Assembly (NCBI GenBank): GCA_043228905.1
Contig: JBHGNT010000013.1
Coordinates: 8,184,001 to 8,248,000 of the forward strand
DNA length: 64,000 nucleotides
Reading direction: 5' to 3'
Source of the DNA: Azolla caroliniana
Lineage: Eukaryota > Plantae > Polypodiophyta
Shown here: positions 12,869-25,694 of the stretch, one piece after another
Position numbering within the stretch: the stretch's first letter is position 1
Layout of the letters: the number at the start of each line of letters is the position of its first letter
Notes under the pieces: generated by a model
What the model was told of the DNA's origin: nothing
Databases searched by the model: none
What the model saw: the letters and a program-made list of their open reading frames with translations, nothing else
Made by a program: the position numbers and the translations under genes

Positions 12869-13084
12869 AATGGCAAGTGTTGTGTCTAATGTAACTTTTA
12901 CATGTATTCAAAGTCTGACTTACAAGTGAAAGGAAATATATCAACTTGGGTTTTCATATTTATCTTGGGTTTTCTAACAATATCCCTCTTTGGTTTAGAG
13001 ATGTATGTTTCTTTTACATGAAGTGTCTAGTGCTTGGTAAAAAATCTCATTGGCTAGTATCTAAGCCTATGTTAGTATCAAAGT

Positions 13085-13770
13085 TAGGAGTTCATATGTG
13101 TGCCTATATCTCTTTAGTAGTTCATATGTATCATATGTGTGCCTATAACTCTTTAGTAGTTCATATGTATCATATGTGTGCCTATAACGCTTTAGGAGTT
13201 CATATGTATAAAAGTTAGTAGAATGCATATCAACTTAGTACTAAATCTGTGTTAAGAGTTATGTAACGTAGACATATGTAAGATAAGAGTGTTCATTCCA
13301 CTCATCACTCATCTTCTCACTGTCACATGTGTGCATAACAAGTAAACCAGAACAATGTCACGATGAGGGTAATCAATAACTTACCATTCCTATCAATTAC
13401 AGACAACCACCCAGATACAATAAACTTATCTAGGTACTGAGTGGCACTTCATCATTGGAGGTAGTAGACTACTGAGTGGCATGAGGCAGTAGTAAATTAG
13501 CTACAATGCATATCAAGTTAGTACTTAAACTATGTTAAGTGTTTACTAACCTAGACATATCTAAGATAGGAGTGTTCATTCCACTCATGACTTTACATTC
13601 TCACCATCACATGTGTGCATAACAAGTAAATTAAAACTGTGTCAAGATGAGGATAATCAATGACTTAGCATTCCTATCAATAACTTTGCATCCAATTCAC
13701 ATCCTGGATATGTAAACCCCATTAGTGTCAAGAAGCAGGTAATCAATAACTTTACATTCAGTAATCAATT
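13085..13770. repeat. Short ~39 bp repeats (13085-13210) and a two-copy 283 bp duplication between the convergent genes
   Basis: gcatatcaa.ttagtact recurs at 13225 and 13508; agttcatatgtatcatatgtgtgcctata repeated. Confidence 0.8.
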
Positions 13771-13804
13771 ACATACAACAATCAAAATACAACAAACTTT
13801 GGTT

Positions 13805-16800
13805 TTAGTTTTTTCTAGATCTTGTAATGCGCCTATTTTTTGTTTCATTCTTCTCAGATTTCACACGCTTCTTCATCTTAAAACCACGAGGTAGTAACCT
13901 ACTTAGTGGAAATTTATCATCAAAGGGTGAAGCCAAGCTTGAGGAAACAGTGTGCTCTGTTGCAACAGCCTGGGATGCACACACTTCCAAGAAGATGCGG
14001 TCGATAGTCTTACCAGAAATCTTTTGGAGGTCATTGGACGTGTCATTCTTCAATTTTCCCGGCTCCACTACCACATTATTAGGAGTAAAAACATGTTCCT
14101 CATCTTGGGTGCTTGTCTTCATTGCAAACTCCCCGTTGATCAAGTTAGACACTTGGTCCAAGTGCAAGCTACTTGCAGTATTTTGGACAGACACCTCATT
14201 TGTAGTACCACACTCTCCTTCTTCATGGGTAGTTGCGGGGGTCTCCTTAATGATACAACCTTGCCCTAGGTTAAGGCTGCTTGTGGTGTTTTGAACACAC
14301 ACCTCATTCTTTGTACAACCATGATCCTCTCCTTGGGTCAATTTCACATTCTCTACAGACTCCATTGCAAAGTTGCTTGTCACCTCATGCTTTGTCCACT
14401 CCAACTCCTCTTTTTGGGTGATCTCACATTCCTCATGTGTGGTAGCATCTGAGCCTGAATAATCAAGATTGCTCCATAAACTGCTTGAATCATCTGATGG
14501 TATTTGTGAATCTACATGCTCTTCTACTCCTAAATAACAGTAAAGTGATGCAAGAACAATATCAATTCACATTCTGAAAAAGTGAAGGCACCTAGCCAAA
14601 TGTTTAAGGTTAAGGGATAAATGTTTACCTCCTGTTACATCGTCATTGTTGCTTGGGATGGTCCCAGTTTCAAGTTGGGGCTCTTCATCATGCCAATATT
14701 TCACAACACTCTCTATGTATTAATACACTTGTACATTATTGTCACGTGAAGTAATATGGTCAAAATAACAATTATATGAGAGGGCTCCCAACATGTACCT
14801 GGAAGTGAGATAAATTCTTCTTCATATTGTGGCTCTGAATCTGTATCTCCATTTTCATTACTCTTTTCTTCCTTGTCTAAAAACAAAAGTATGTAGTATT
14901 AGTCTAACTCATCAAGATGACAACAACCACAAGTTTGTAAGAATTTGTATTACCCACCACAACAATCAACATTGCATTTCTTCCCCTTTCCGTACAATTT
15001 CCTTGCAGCATTATGCTTCTTCGTAGGCTCTATGATAGAAACATAATAAATTAGTAGTATACCAACATTGCAGAAATTAGAAAGGCAAACACAATTAGCA
15101 TTACCATTCACACAGTCAAGGTGTGCCAAGCTAGGAGATTTTGTTTCAAGCATCACATATTCAATTGTTCCAATGGCCTTTCTCATACATTCATCTTCAT
15201 CATAAACTTCATCGGGTACCACTAAGGAACGACTGTACACTTTGGAATTTGCAGCAGACTTTGTACGTAGTATCGCAGGGCTTGGTTTGTCAATTACCTT
15301 CCCTGGTGTGGTGTTGCTAGAAACTACAACATTCATATTATACGCATACATGAGTACATATTATAACATGAGTTCAAAATTACAAATATAGTACTGATCC
15401 ACCTGGACATGCATATTTCATCTGGTAACGAACAATGTTAGTACTAAAAAGCCAACACATTCATGTCTATTTGTTCAGTCATGCAAAGCCTAATTCAAGT
15501 GGACACAAAAAGTACAATGCAATAAGCAATGTTAGTACTAATACAAGTTATACAACTAAACATTTAGGACCCTCCATACCAAATATTCAATACTGAATCA
15601 ATTGATCATGAAGGAATACAATGTATTAAGTAATGTTAGTACTTAATCAACATCCTAGGAACTTAAAGGATTAGTACTAAGCCACCTGGACATGCATATT
15701 TCATCTGGTAATGAACAATGTTAGTACTAAAAAGCCAAGACCTTCATGCCTATTTGTTCGGTTATGCAAAGCCTAAGTCAAGTGGACTCAAAAAGTACAA
15801 TGCAATTAACCAATGTTAGTACTAATACGAGTTATACAACTAAACATTTAAGACCCTCCGTACTAAATAATCAATACTAAATCAATTGATCATGAAGGAA
15901 TACAATGGAATAAGTACTATTAGTACTTAATCAATATCTTAGGATCTTAAAGGAATAGTACTGAACCACCTGGACATGCATTTTTCTTATGGTAATGAAC
16001 AATGTTAGTACTAAACAGCCAAGACCGACATGCCTATTTGTTCGGTTATGGAAAGCCTAAGTCAAGTGGACTCAAAAAGTACAATGCAATTAACCAATTT
16101 TAGTAGTAATACGAGCTATACAACTAAACATTTAAGACCCTCCGTACTAAATAATCAATACTAAATCAATTGATCACGAAGGAATACAATGGAATAAGTA
16201 CTGTTAGTACTTAATCAATATCTTAGGATCTTAAAGGAATAGTATTGAACCACCTGGACATGAATATTTCTTATGGTAATGAACAATGTTAGTACTAAAC
16301 AGCCAAGACCGACATGCCTATTTGTTCGGTTATGGAAAGCCTAAGTCAAGTGGACAAAAAAAGTACAATGCAATAAACAATGTTAGTATTAATACAAGTT
16401 ATACAACTAAACATTTAAGACCTTTAGTACTAAATAATCTGCACTAAATCGATTAATCATCCTGGATCCAACTGTAAGACCAAAACCAAAAGTAAAATTA
16501 TAAAATCATAGTATAAAAATTGCATAATGCTTAATCACATACCATAGGAGTGTACTTTTAAACCCCAAGCTAGGTACCACTCGGCTCCAACTATACTTTT
16601 ACAGTTCAAACATATATTTTCTTTCTCGAAATGGTACTTAGCACATAACAAATGATATGTGTGCAAGCATGGTGTAATGATAGCAACCATAGACTCAAGC
16701 TTGAATCCAAGGCCACAGAATAAACACCTTCAGTAACGAGACACAACATACACTATATTAGCACCAATGATATTTTATACCATAGAAGGTCAAAAAGGAG

Positions 16801-18123
16801 AAATATAAACCATTACCGTGATATAGTAATGTTTCTAATTATACTTTCCATTCAAGTGGGGTGCTCAACTACGTCTGGACATAGAGTATCTAAACCTTTT
16901 TCTTTTAGACCCTTCATCAAACATGTTAGATTCTCTTCAACTCCTCTTTTAACACATCACTTTCTGAATTTTGGATTGTTGATGTAATCCATTCGTATGT
17001 ATTCAACATAGATGTGAATTGTTTCTCTGCTACCATCTCACCATATGAAACTTCTTCCAAATCAGCCAGCAATGCTTGCATTTTTGTTTGCATGGAAGCT
17101 ATACAGCACAACAATTGCTCTTCATGTTTTTTTGTCAATGCGGCTTTCTACTTTGCAATTTGTTGAGTCAACACAGATGTCCGAGTTGGGATTTCAACAT
17201 GAGAGGTACCCTTAGACTTCATGGTAGTGTTGGTACTTGAGGACCCTCTATAATGTGATGATCGATGATGAGCAAAATCTTCCCAATCAACTTCAATGCC
17301 ACCATGGAGTTCACATGCAAAGACAGATCCTACTTCATTGTTTAGGATATGTTTCGTATCATAAACTTGTTCATATCATGACTTTAGTTCAGTGATATAA
17401 TCCTTCTTCAATTGAGTGAGGTGGAAACCTCTCTGTGTCTCAAGTTGTGATGAGCCCCAAGTTTTCCTCATCCACATGTCTAGGTCTTCATAAGTGTCAA
17501 GTTGTGCATGAAGGAAATAACCCCATCCCAATTTTGTACCTCGAAGGATGTTTGTGTGAACCTTTTTGCCCTTAGTTGCTGAAAACTTCGACCTCCCTCT
17601 GGTGGGGTTCATCTTACTTTCTTTGATGGGGGTCCTTTTTCTTTCCTTGCATGGTGTGATGACATTTTCGGTGACCATTTCTTCTTTGTGGGTGTCTTCC
17701 TTGTCATGTGAATCCTATCTCTCTTCTTCGCCTCACATGCACAACAATAGTAAATAACAATAAATCATGCACAACAATAGTAAACAATATTAAATAATAT
17801 ACAAATCAAGGAGACATCGAATATGAAACATAATGTTAACTCCCGATACTTAACATATACACATGTTGACCGAATCTCAAATTCAAGCATATGCATGTAC
17901 AAAGCTCTCAAACAATCAAGGGAGAACAATAACAACAACAAAACCCTAAACGATAATAACAGATAGAATCAAACATACAGATAAACATATCCCAAACATT
18001 GTTATGGTTGCAGATGTAAAAAAACAGGTAGAAAATGACAAAAACAGATAGAATCAAACATACAAATATATAGTAAAACAAGTACCAAATGTCATTATTG
18101 AAGTCTTTGAAGAGGGGACGCAT
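13805..18123 (-). pseudogene. Multi-exon transposon accessory gene: unknown N-terminal domain, coiled coil, RING-H2 finger, low-complexity tail
   Basis: ORF pieces 17376..17678, 16926..17138, 14950..15351, 13805..14404; exon 16727-16543 encodes CLFC-x15-CLHTYHLLC-x10-CLNC; GT-AG intron 16816-16728 joins in frame; other exon borders only tentative. Confidence 0.7.
15390..16460. repeat. 283-284 bp tandem repeat, about 3.7 copies, in an intron of the accessory gene
   Basis: ccacctggacatg starts at 15399, 15682, 15966, 16250. Confidence 0.95.
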
Positions 18124-18856
18124 TTGAAACACACTAGGTGGAGGGAACCAGGTAGAGGGAACACGACCAGTAGAGCAGAGACCGATGCGAAGAGGACACG
18201 ATGTGCAAACCACACTTCAGAAAAATCTTGAGAGAGAGAACGCGGCCAGCAGAGGAAAGCTCGATGTAACGAGGACACAATACAACAGTTGAGAGAGAGA
18301 ATACCTGAGAGAGAGGACACGACGAGGACACAGTTATCAGACCTTATGTCAATGCAGCGAGGACACAGTAGTGAATAAACTTAGTGAATAAACGAGTAGA
18401 AGGGGGAAGGAAAGAGTGCAAGAGAGAGGAGGTATGAACCTAGGGAATTACCAAATGTAGAGAGAGAGAGAGAGACTAACTGACTAACTAACTGATAGTT
18501 CGAGATAAACCTGTTATTTGCTAAGAGAGACAGAGTGGAAGAGAGACATGCTAACTATCTTCATGGTTGACTGACGACTCGAGATCATATAGTTAAGACC
18601 TCCTTACAACATTACCTAGGATTTTAACACAAATGATGTTTATTCATATTTGAAATCTATTTTCATTGAATGTGACTTTTAATTTTAAGACAAGTGGTCA
18701 ACTTTAAAACCCAAATATTGGATTTATTTTTACATTTTTAAGTTTTTCCTCCATGTGGAATTAGTACTAAAGTTTTGGCCAAAAGTTGGTACACCGTAGC
18801 GTACTTTCACCCCATCATTCGTGATATATAAACTAGGCTATAGAAAGAAAAATATT

Positions 18857-19450
18857 TGTATTACATGTGCTAGAGAGGACTCAAACCCACAACCTCAACT
18901 TTGAAAGCCTCGATCACTACCACTTAGCCAATACTCACAACATGGCAAAAAGCTACATGTTGTATTATTTGAACTTGAATTAAATAGTGTAAACATTGTA
19001 ATGTATTAGATGTGCACCATATAGCACACACATGCAAGAGCCTATCTGCATGTGCGCCACATGAACCACATGCAAGACTATCCCTTTCTTATAAAAAGAG
19101 AAGGGGATGTAGTCACAAGGATACCAAGAAATAAGATTGCATCGAATTATATTGGATCAAGAGAGAATTATAATATATCATAATAGACAAAGAGGAAGAC
19201 TGAGGTATCTTCAAAAGACTACACGAGAATTAGCGGGGAACTAGCTTGGCGGTTGTGGTCCTCAACTCGCAATGGAAGGGTGATGGTTTGAATCTTATTC
19301 TCATTGAAAGATTTTTGAAGGGAAGATTATGGTCTACTATCAAGGAAGGGAAGAGTGGTTACTTTTTGAGACGAAAATCGAAGGTCCAATGATATTCGCA
19401 GCCATTTTGTAACTCTTTCATGATAATGATTATAAATTTCCTACATTTTC
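18857..19450 (+). mobile_element. Probable LTR remnant with antisense tRNA-like module near its start
   Basis: tgta at 18857; - strand ttggctaagtggtag...gaggttgtgggtttgagtcc at 18871-18931; TATA ttataaaa near 19090; second A/B-box remnant on + near 19242-19296; boundaries uncertain. Confidence 0.4.
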
Positions 19451-19658
19451 TCAAATATCATTTTATATCTTATCTTGCCATATCTCATATTTCTTAAAAA
19501 TCCTACCTTGCCATATTCTATTGATCTCTATTCAATCCATCTCTACTCTTTCCTCTCTTCCGTCCATAATCCCAGTGATTCCTTCCTCACTTTCACGTTA
19601 TCTTTTGTCTGCGCAACGCTACGCTTCTAGACGAGCCACGCCACGACACCGGCATCAC

Positions 19659-22600
19659 ATGAATTCGCAACAATTCTACAGTTTGGAACATCTTTCGAAC
19701 TTGTAGAATGGTTGGCTCATAGGTTACAGTATGTGTCTGACATGCTGGCCCAAGAACACAAGGATCGAATCATGATTCAAAAGGCCATGATCGGTGCAAT
19801 CGAGCGAGAGGAACAACCGGAGTTGGACCGCATTGGCCGACAACGGGCTACTAATTATAGGGGGGAAGCAATTCAGATGCCTTCCTTGAACACAACTCTT
19901 GTAGAGGTCCATCGAGAATATGCGAGAACGAACAAGGCTACATAGGACATGGCCGAAGTGTGCAAAAGGGCCAAGGCGGCGGCTGATCGATTACATGATC
20001 AGTATTCGACAGCTACGAAGGACAACGCCAACTTGTCGGAGAGGCTCCATCAAGTAGAGGAAAAGGTAAAGCAGGCTGAGGCTCATATGCAAGCACAGTC
20101 CGATCAACAACTCAGGGATCAGCCGTGCAAGACAGAGAAGAAGGTCGAAGAGACAAACAACAGAGAAAAAGATGGAAGACCGCATTGAACTCGCCAAGAC
20201 AAAGATTGGAGCATTGTTACATCACAAGGACAATGCAATTCAAGAGTTAAAGAAATTGCTTGAGCAACAGCGGGAAACGACGATAGAAGAAGCAAAAGAA
20301 GTGTAGGAATTAGAGCAGTATATCCTGTGGAAAATAAGGGAATATGGAATGGAAAGAGAGGGAGAGAGAAAGAGAGAGAAAGAGAAGAAGAAAACTTAAT
20401 TGAATGATAGTTTCTGTCTCTCTTACAACCAACCGACCACACAGAGAGCAAATGTGGTGGTTATAGGTGCACCCTATTTTTGGGGTGCACCTTTTCATAT
20501 CATAAGGTTACGTTTTTATTATTTAGTTTCCTATTTATTTATTCTACACTAATTAGTTTATTACAGCAGCCCCCCATAAACTAATTAGTTGTGAATCGTT
20601 GTAATCCTAAATTTTCACAACAAGCTTCAAATTTGTCCGGAGGTAGAGCCCTTGTTAGAAAATCAGCCCACATATGATTTGTCGATGTAAACTCTAAGGT
20701 AAGCTTGTTTTCTTCGGCCAACTCTCGTATAAAGTGATATTTTAAATCCACATGTTTTGTTTTCTCCGAGTGCTTTGGATTCTTCGTTCAGTAGATACAT
20801 GATATATTGTCGCAGAAGATTTTCAATTGGAGTGGTTCACATAGTTGGAGTTCTTTTAACATTGTTTGCAACCATAATCCTTCTTTAGCAGCCAATGCCA
20901 CTACTACGAATTCAGCTTCAGCAGATGAGAGTGTCACAGATTCTTGTTTTTTCGATTGCCACGTCACTGCTGCTCCTACTATTATAAAAGAAAAACCAAC
21001 AATAGATCTTCGAGAATCAACGCCCCCCCCCCCCCCCCCCCCCCCAATCCAAATCAGACCAACCAACAAGTGATTTGATTGGTCTTTCGGATTGGGATCG
21101 TTTATATGTTAATCCATAGTCTTTGAGCCATTCAACTCTTGAGGTGAGGTGACATGTGGCACCTGTATCAAGAATCCACGTTGAAGTGGGAGAGTTGTTA
21201 AATGAAGTGAGGGCCATGAAGGCAATGAAAGAGTCTTCATTATCCTCATCGGAATTTTGGTCACCATGACATATGTCATTATTTTGATCGTAGTCATCAC
21301 ATGATGCATTGTAAGATTGGTCTTCTTTATATGTTCTTTTCCCATTGTTAGGATTCCTATAACAATCTTTTGTTTCATGTCCACTCCTTTGACAATTTGT
21401 ACAAAAGGATCTAAGGAACCTAGATTTGTTATGATTCCTTGAATCATTAAATTTAGAAGTCCGTGAATAAAATTTGGAGTTATTAGGTCGGTATGTTGAT
21501 CTAGGTTTATTGTAAGGTTTTTTATTGTAATTTGGATGTTTGATATAAAGTGCGGTGTGAGATGAGGAGGGTTGATTTATTGCCCTACAAAGTATGTTTT
21601 CTTGTGAGATTGATGCCACTAATGTTGGGACACTAATGTTGGCTGATGTGGATTTTGTACTTATAAATGGTTGCCATGATGGGGGTAGGGTGGCTAACAA
21701 GAGGGCGGATTGAACAGAACTTGGCAAACTAAGTCCTGAAAGGATCACATCATCAAGTCGAAGTCTTCAATTTTTAACAAATGTATCAACATTAGCATCA
21801 TCTGAATTTTCATTCATATTTATATTTATTAAAGTTTTTAAATTTGCAACTTGGGACGTAACGTCCGTATGGAGGTAATCAGCCTCTAATCTATCCCATA
21901 TTTGTTTGGAGGTAGTCAAGGTTCTCACACTTTGCTTAAGTGTGTCCTCCATATGAAGGAGAAGTTCTAAGTAAGCGTTTAAATCACGCCGCTTCCATGT
22001 TTGCACGTCAACTGCATTTGTGGGGACATTAATGTCAGGGCACACGTTGGTTCCATCGATGATATTTAACAAGTCATGTTGTTCTAATACAATTTCCATG
22101 GTCATATGCCATGGTTGATAGTTTTTATCATTTAATTTTTCAATGTGATAAGTGCGAGACGATACCTGGGCGGCATTTGCCGCCACATTTGCTATCACTC
22201 CACCATTTGACATGGTCGAAAAACGTTTCTTTAATTCACACGTTCGTTATTAACACCGCAACACAATTCTTGGTGGGCTTGGACTCCTTCATCACTCTGA
22301 TACCATGTGGAAAATAAGGGAATATGGAATGGAAAGAGAGGGAGAGAGGAAGAGAGAGAAAGAGAAGAAGAAAACTTAATTGAATGATAGTTTCTTTCTC
22401 TCTCTTACAACCAACCGACCACACAGAGAGCAAATGTGGTGGTTATAGGTGCACCCTATTTTTGGGGTGCACCTTTTCATATCATAAGGTTACGTTTTTA
22501 TTATTTAGTTTCCTATTTATTTATTCTACACTAATTAGTTTATTACAACATATCTGAATTCAGGACGAATATTTTGCAAATCAAATGTTCGAGATAATAC

Positions 22601-23360
22601 TCCAGAAATCCGAAATGCAGGCTGTGTATGAATAGCAAAAGGAAAGCCTTGAGTTGGCAAATACCAAATTAACGAGGATCTGTGCAGCGCTCAAAGTCAA
22701 ATATGAAGAAAATTGCCTATCATTACTGGTCACCGAAGCTAAATTAATGACTGAGCTAGGGTCGAGAGAAGCTTGGATGGCTGAAATGCATAAGGAACTG
22801 GCCGCAATGCAATATCAGGTCAGAATGGATGAAGACAAAGTTCGATAGATCCTAAAGACTCACAAGCTAAATATGCTGAAGTTTGCCATCGACACCCTTG
22901 ACAATGGCTGGAAGACCTGGTTGGCGCAGGCAGCAGAACTGCAATTATTACGTGCCGACAAGGATAATAGTAACAAACAGGGCACATGATTCTTCAAGAT
23001 GAGTGAAGAAGCGATTGAAACAGTACAAGAAGACAAGAAGACCTCACCTGCGACTTGTATGAACTTGCGGTCAATCATAGGGAGCAGATTACACGCCTAA
23101 TGGAGGAATTTGATGTCCACGACATCGACACTTCAGTACACTTCGATGGCTACGAACGAGAACGCCGGCAACAAACTACAGAACTTGGAGCTTCCACTGA
23201 CCAACCACAGGCCAACCACGGTGAAAGGCAGGGCAAAGATGTGAACGTGACCGACACCGAACATGGAACAAAAGAAGAATCATCATTGTTCGACATTCTC
23301 CATGATGACGACAATGATGATGACGAAGACGACCCTGACTCCATAGTAAATCAGGAGTAG
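19659..23360 (+). pseudogene. Retroelement-associated coiled-coil ORF, disrupted and split by a copia insertion
   Basis: ORF pieces 19712..19945, 19949..20188, 22654..22848, 23055..23360 rich in E/K/Q/A; homologous segment at 44400-45060. Confidence 0.55.
20326..22550 (-). mobile_element. 2.2 kb Ty1/copia deletion derivative (gag-PR fused to RNase H; no integrase or RT core)
   Basis: Near-identical LTRs 22306-22550 and 20326-20568, PBS tggtatcagagt (22305-22294), PPT atggggggc, flanks tatcc/tatct; CTNCQRSGHETKDC, WILDTGATCH, TWQSKKQESVTLSSAEAEF. Confidence 0.93.
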
Positions 23361-23961
23361 GACATGCATGACAAGGGGTTCGACCATGCAAGGCAGTATC
23401 CCACGAGCGTTCCAAGTGTTAGCTAGTCGGTTACAAGGTCGGCAAGTCGAAATTGAACAAGAGTCAAAGGGTCGGAGTCGACGATGTTCGGAAGTATAGA
23501 TGAGTCAGAGTCAGATCAATGAGTCAGTAGTATTTATTTTGCCGAGTAGAAAAAATATATATTAGAATTAGTTAAATAGTTTTTGTGTAGTTCTTGCCGA
23601 ATATAGGCAAGTGTAATGTTGAAAAGAGACTCTCAATTTTACCTATAAAAGAGGGACCGAAAACATTGTAAAGCTATTGTTCTATTTTGAAAATTAATAA
23701 AAGTTAGTGGTTAGGGTATCTCTGTGTCGACAAATCTCCCTGTTTATTGTTACTCTAAGTGTCGATTTCTGATTTTCTTTTCTCACTGAGAAATTATATT
23801 AAAGATCTAATAGTCAATCATAGTTACTTAGATATCAAGTCTCATTTACTGACTAGTATGTTTATCCATCCTTCTACCAGAATCATCTTGATAGAACATT
23901 TGGATTTGAACATTCGACCTATTGTGTCGGCTACATATAGTAATCGACACTCGGTCGAACA
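23361..23961 (+). mobile_element. LTR-like region following the coiled-coil ORF
   Basis: TATA cctataaaag at 23642, aataaa, ends ggtcgaaca at the junction with a different element; 5' boundary not resolved. Confidence 0.5.
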
Positions 23962-24119
23962 ACAACCAGTAGTAGAAAGCCACCCCCATCAATCTTCAAC
24001 TTCCGAAGTGTCTTGGCGGTGAACCAGTGCCCTATGCCGGCCGGATCTTGTAAACTCGGGTCGGTTGTGATCCCTCTCATCCTCTCCAAGATATCCTCCA
24101 GTAAGGGTGCCACGATTGG

Positions 24120-25143
24120 TATTAGAGATCTAGGTACTAAAGTAAGCTTAAGATAAGGATAAACAAATGATAGATAGAAAGGAGAAAGAGAAAGAAGGGT
24201 GTCGATCCACCCGACCACCCCCGAGCGAAGGGATCGAGATGGACTCGAGCCTCGATCAGCGTTCCATACCACCGCCGTGTCGTCGAGTCGTACCTGGTGC
24301 TGGCGCGCTCGCTACAAGAGTTGACCCATCACAAGAGCAGAGTCTCGATGTAGTCAAAAGATTCCCCAATGAGGGTAGCTAGGCCTCTTATTTATAGCGA
24401 TACCCAAGGCCCCCAGGCAAGTTCACACTTGACCTAATGGGTTGTCTCAATCCCGAGGATTAAAAGTAATCCTCCCCTTCTTTATACTCTCGTTTAACTC
24501 TCACACTTATCCACGTGTATAGAATACTACGGTAAATTCTCACCACGGGATATTAAATGGTCATGCCCGTAACATACTCCCCCTCTTTAAAACATTGCAC
24601 TCTTGCAATGGAAAGTTAGGGAAATTAGTTCTGAGAGTATTTTCGCGTTCCCATGTGGCATCTTTTATTGATTTATCCATCCATTTTATTTTAAATTCTC
24701 GGATTTCTTTAGTACGTAATTTTTTTGTTTTAACATCGAGAATTCTTTCTGGTACATGTGGTTTAGAAGATAATTCTTCAGAAGTAACCAGAGTTTCAGT
24801 TGTAACTGTATTGTCGCCAAAACCTAGAAGTTCTTTTAGACGATTCACATGGAAGACTGGATGAATTCCAACACCATCGGGAAGAGAAAGACGATAGGCT
24901 GATGACCCAATGCGTTTGAGGACTGTAAAAGGTCCACAAAACCGTGGGGCTAACGTAGCGCACTTACCCGTAGACAATGTCTTAGAATTGTGAGGTACAC
25001 GTAAAAATACCTTTTGTCCAGGGTTGAATACACGAGGTTGCCTATGATGATCGGCATAAAAATGCGCTCTAGCTTGAGCTGTTTTTATATTATCTCGTGC
25101 AATATGCAAAATATCTTGCATATCCCGAAGAAAGTTTTGCGTA
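24120..25143 (-). mobile_element. 3' end of a chromovirus (integrase C-terminus with chromodomain, PPT, 3' LTR 24573-24120)
   Basis: LAPRFCGPF, IHPVFHVNRLK, PERILD..EFKIKW..DATWE; PPT aagagggggagta then tgttacg; closely matches 62210-63225. Confidence 0.9.
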
Positions 25144-25694
25144 CTTGCCCAATGTGGCTTCATGTAATGGTTGTTGGTGTATTCCTCTTCTACTGCCACT
25201 TCGTCGATCAACGTCGTCCTCACCTCGACCGGCTTTTCCGCTTTCGGCTCTATCGACTGCGTCTTCCTCTTCACTAGATCGAAAATGCAGTCATGGAACT
25301 CTTTCCTCGCTATCAGTTCTCACAACATGAGTTCCACTTGACTGTCGAGGATCCGCTCCTCTAAGACCTTTTATAGATCTGTTGTCTTCTCGATTTCTGA
25401 GCTCATTCAGAAACTCATGATTTTCCCCTTTCCTTCTCATGTCGGTCAACCGAACCGACATCCTCCTTCCTCGGCCCATTCCGGGTCTCGTACCAGTTCG
25501 AAGGCGCTTGTCTTCCACCAGAACTTCGTAGTTTTGGCACGTAGCTTCCATGAAGCCAGTTCTTTCCTCAACCGGATCGTTCCACCTGGTGACCTCCTAG
25601 ACTTGCCTCTCTCCGCAGACTGCTTCTTCTCTCCTTAGCTACACTTCGAGAAGGCCCCCAAGCACCGATGGCTAGAATCTGGAATTGTACCTAG

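Larger units (their letters stand above)
4238..18813 (+). mobile_element. Sola2-like DNA transposon, left end missing, with transposase (+), convergent accessory gene (-), intronic repeat arrays and a nested copia
   Basis: Transposase motifs below; putative terminus reads GGG(G)TGAAAGTACGCTACGGTGTACC on the - strand at 18813. Confidence 0.7.

Noticed and set aside
24561-25274. 237 aa ORF as a novel chromodomain fusion protein
   Set aside because: Chance in-frame deletion junction near 25143 between two nested gypsy elements; no independent promoter or start context
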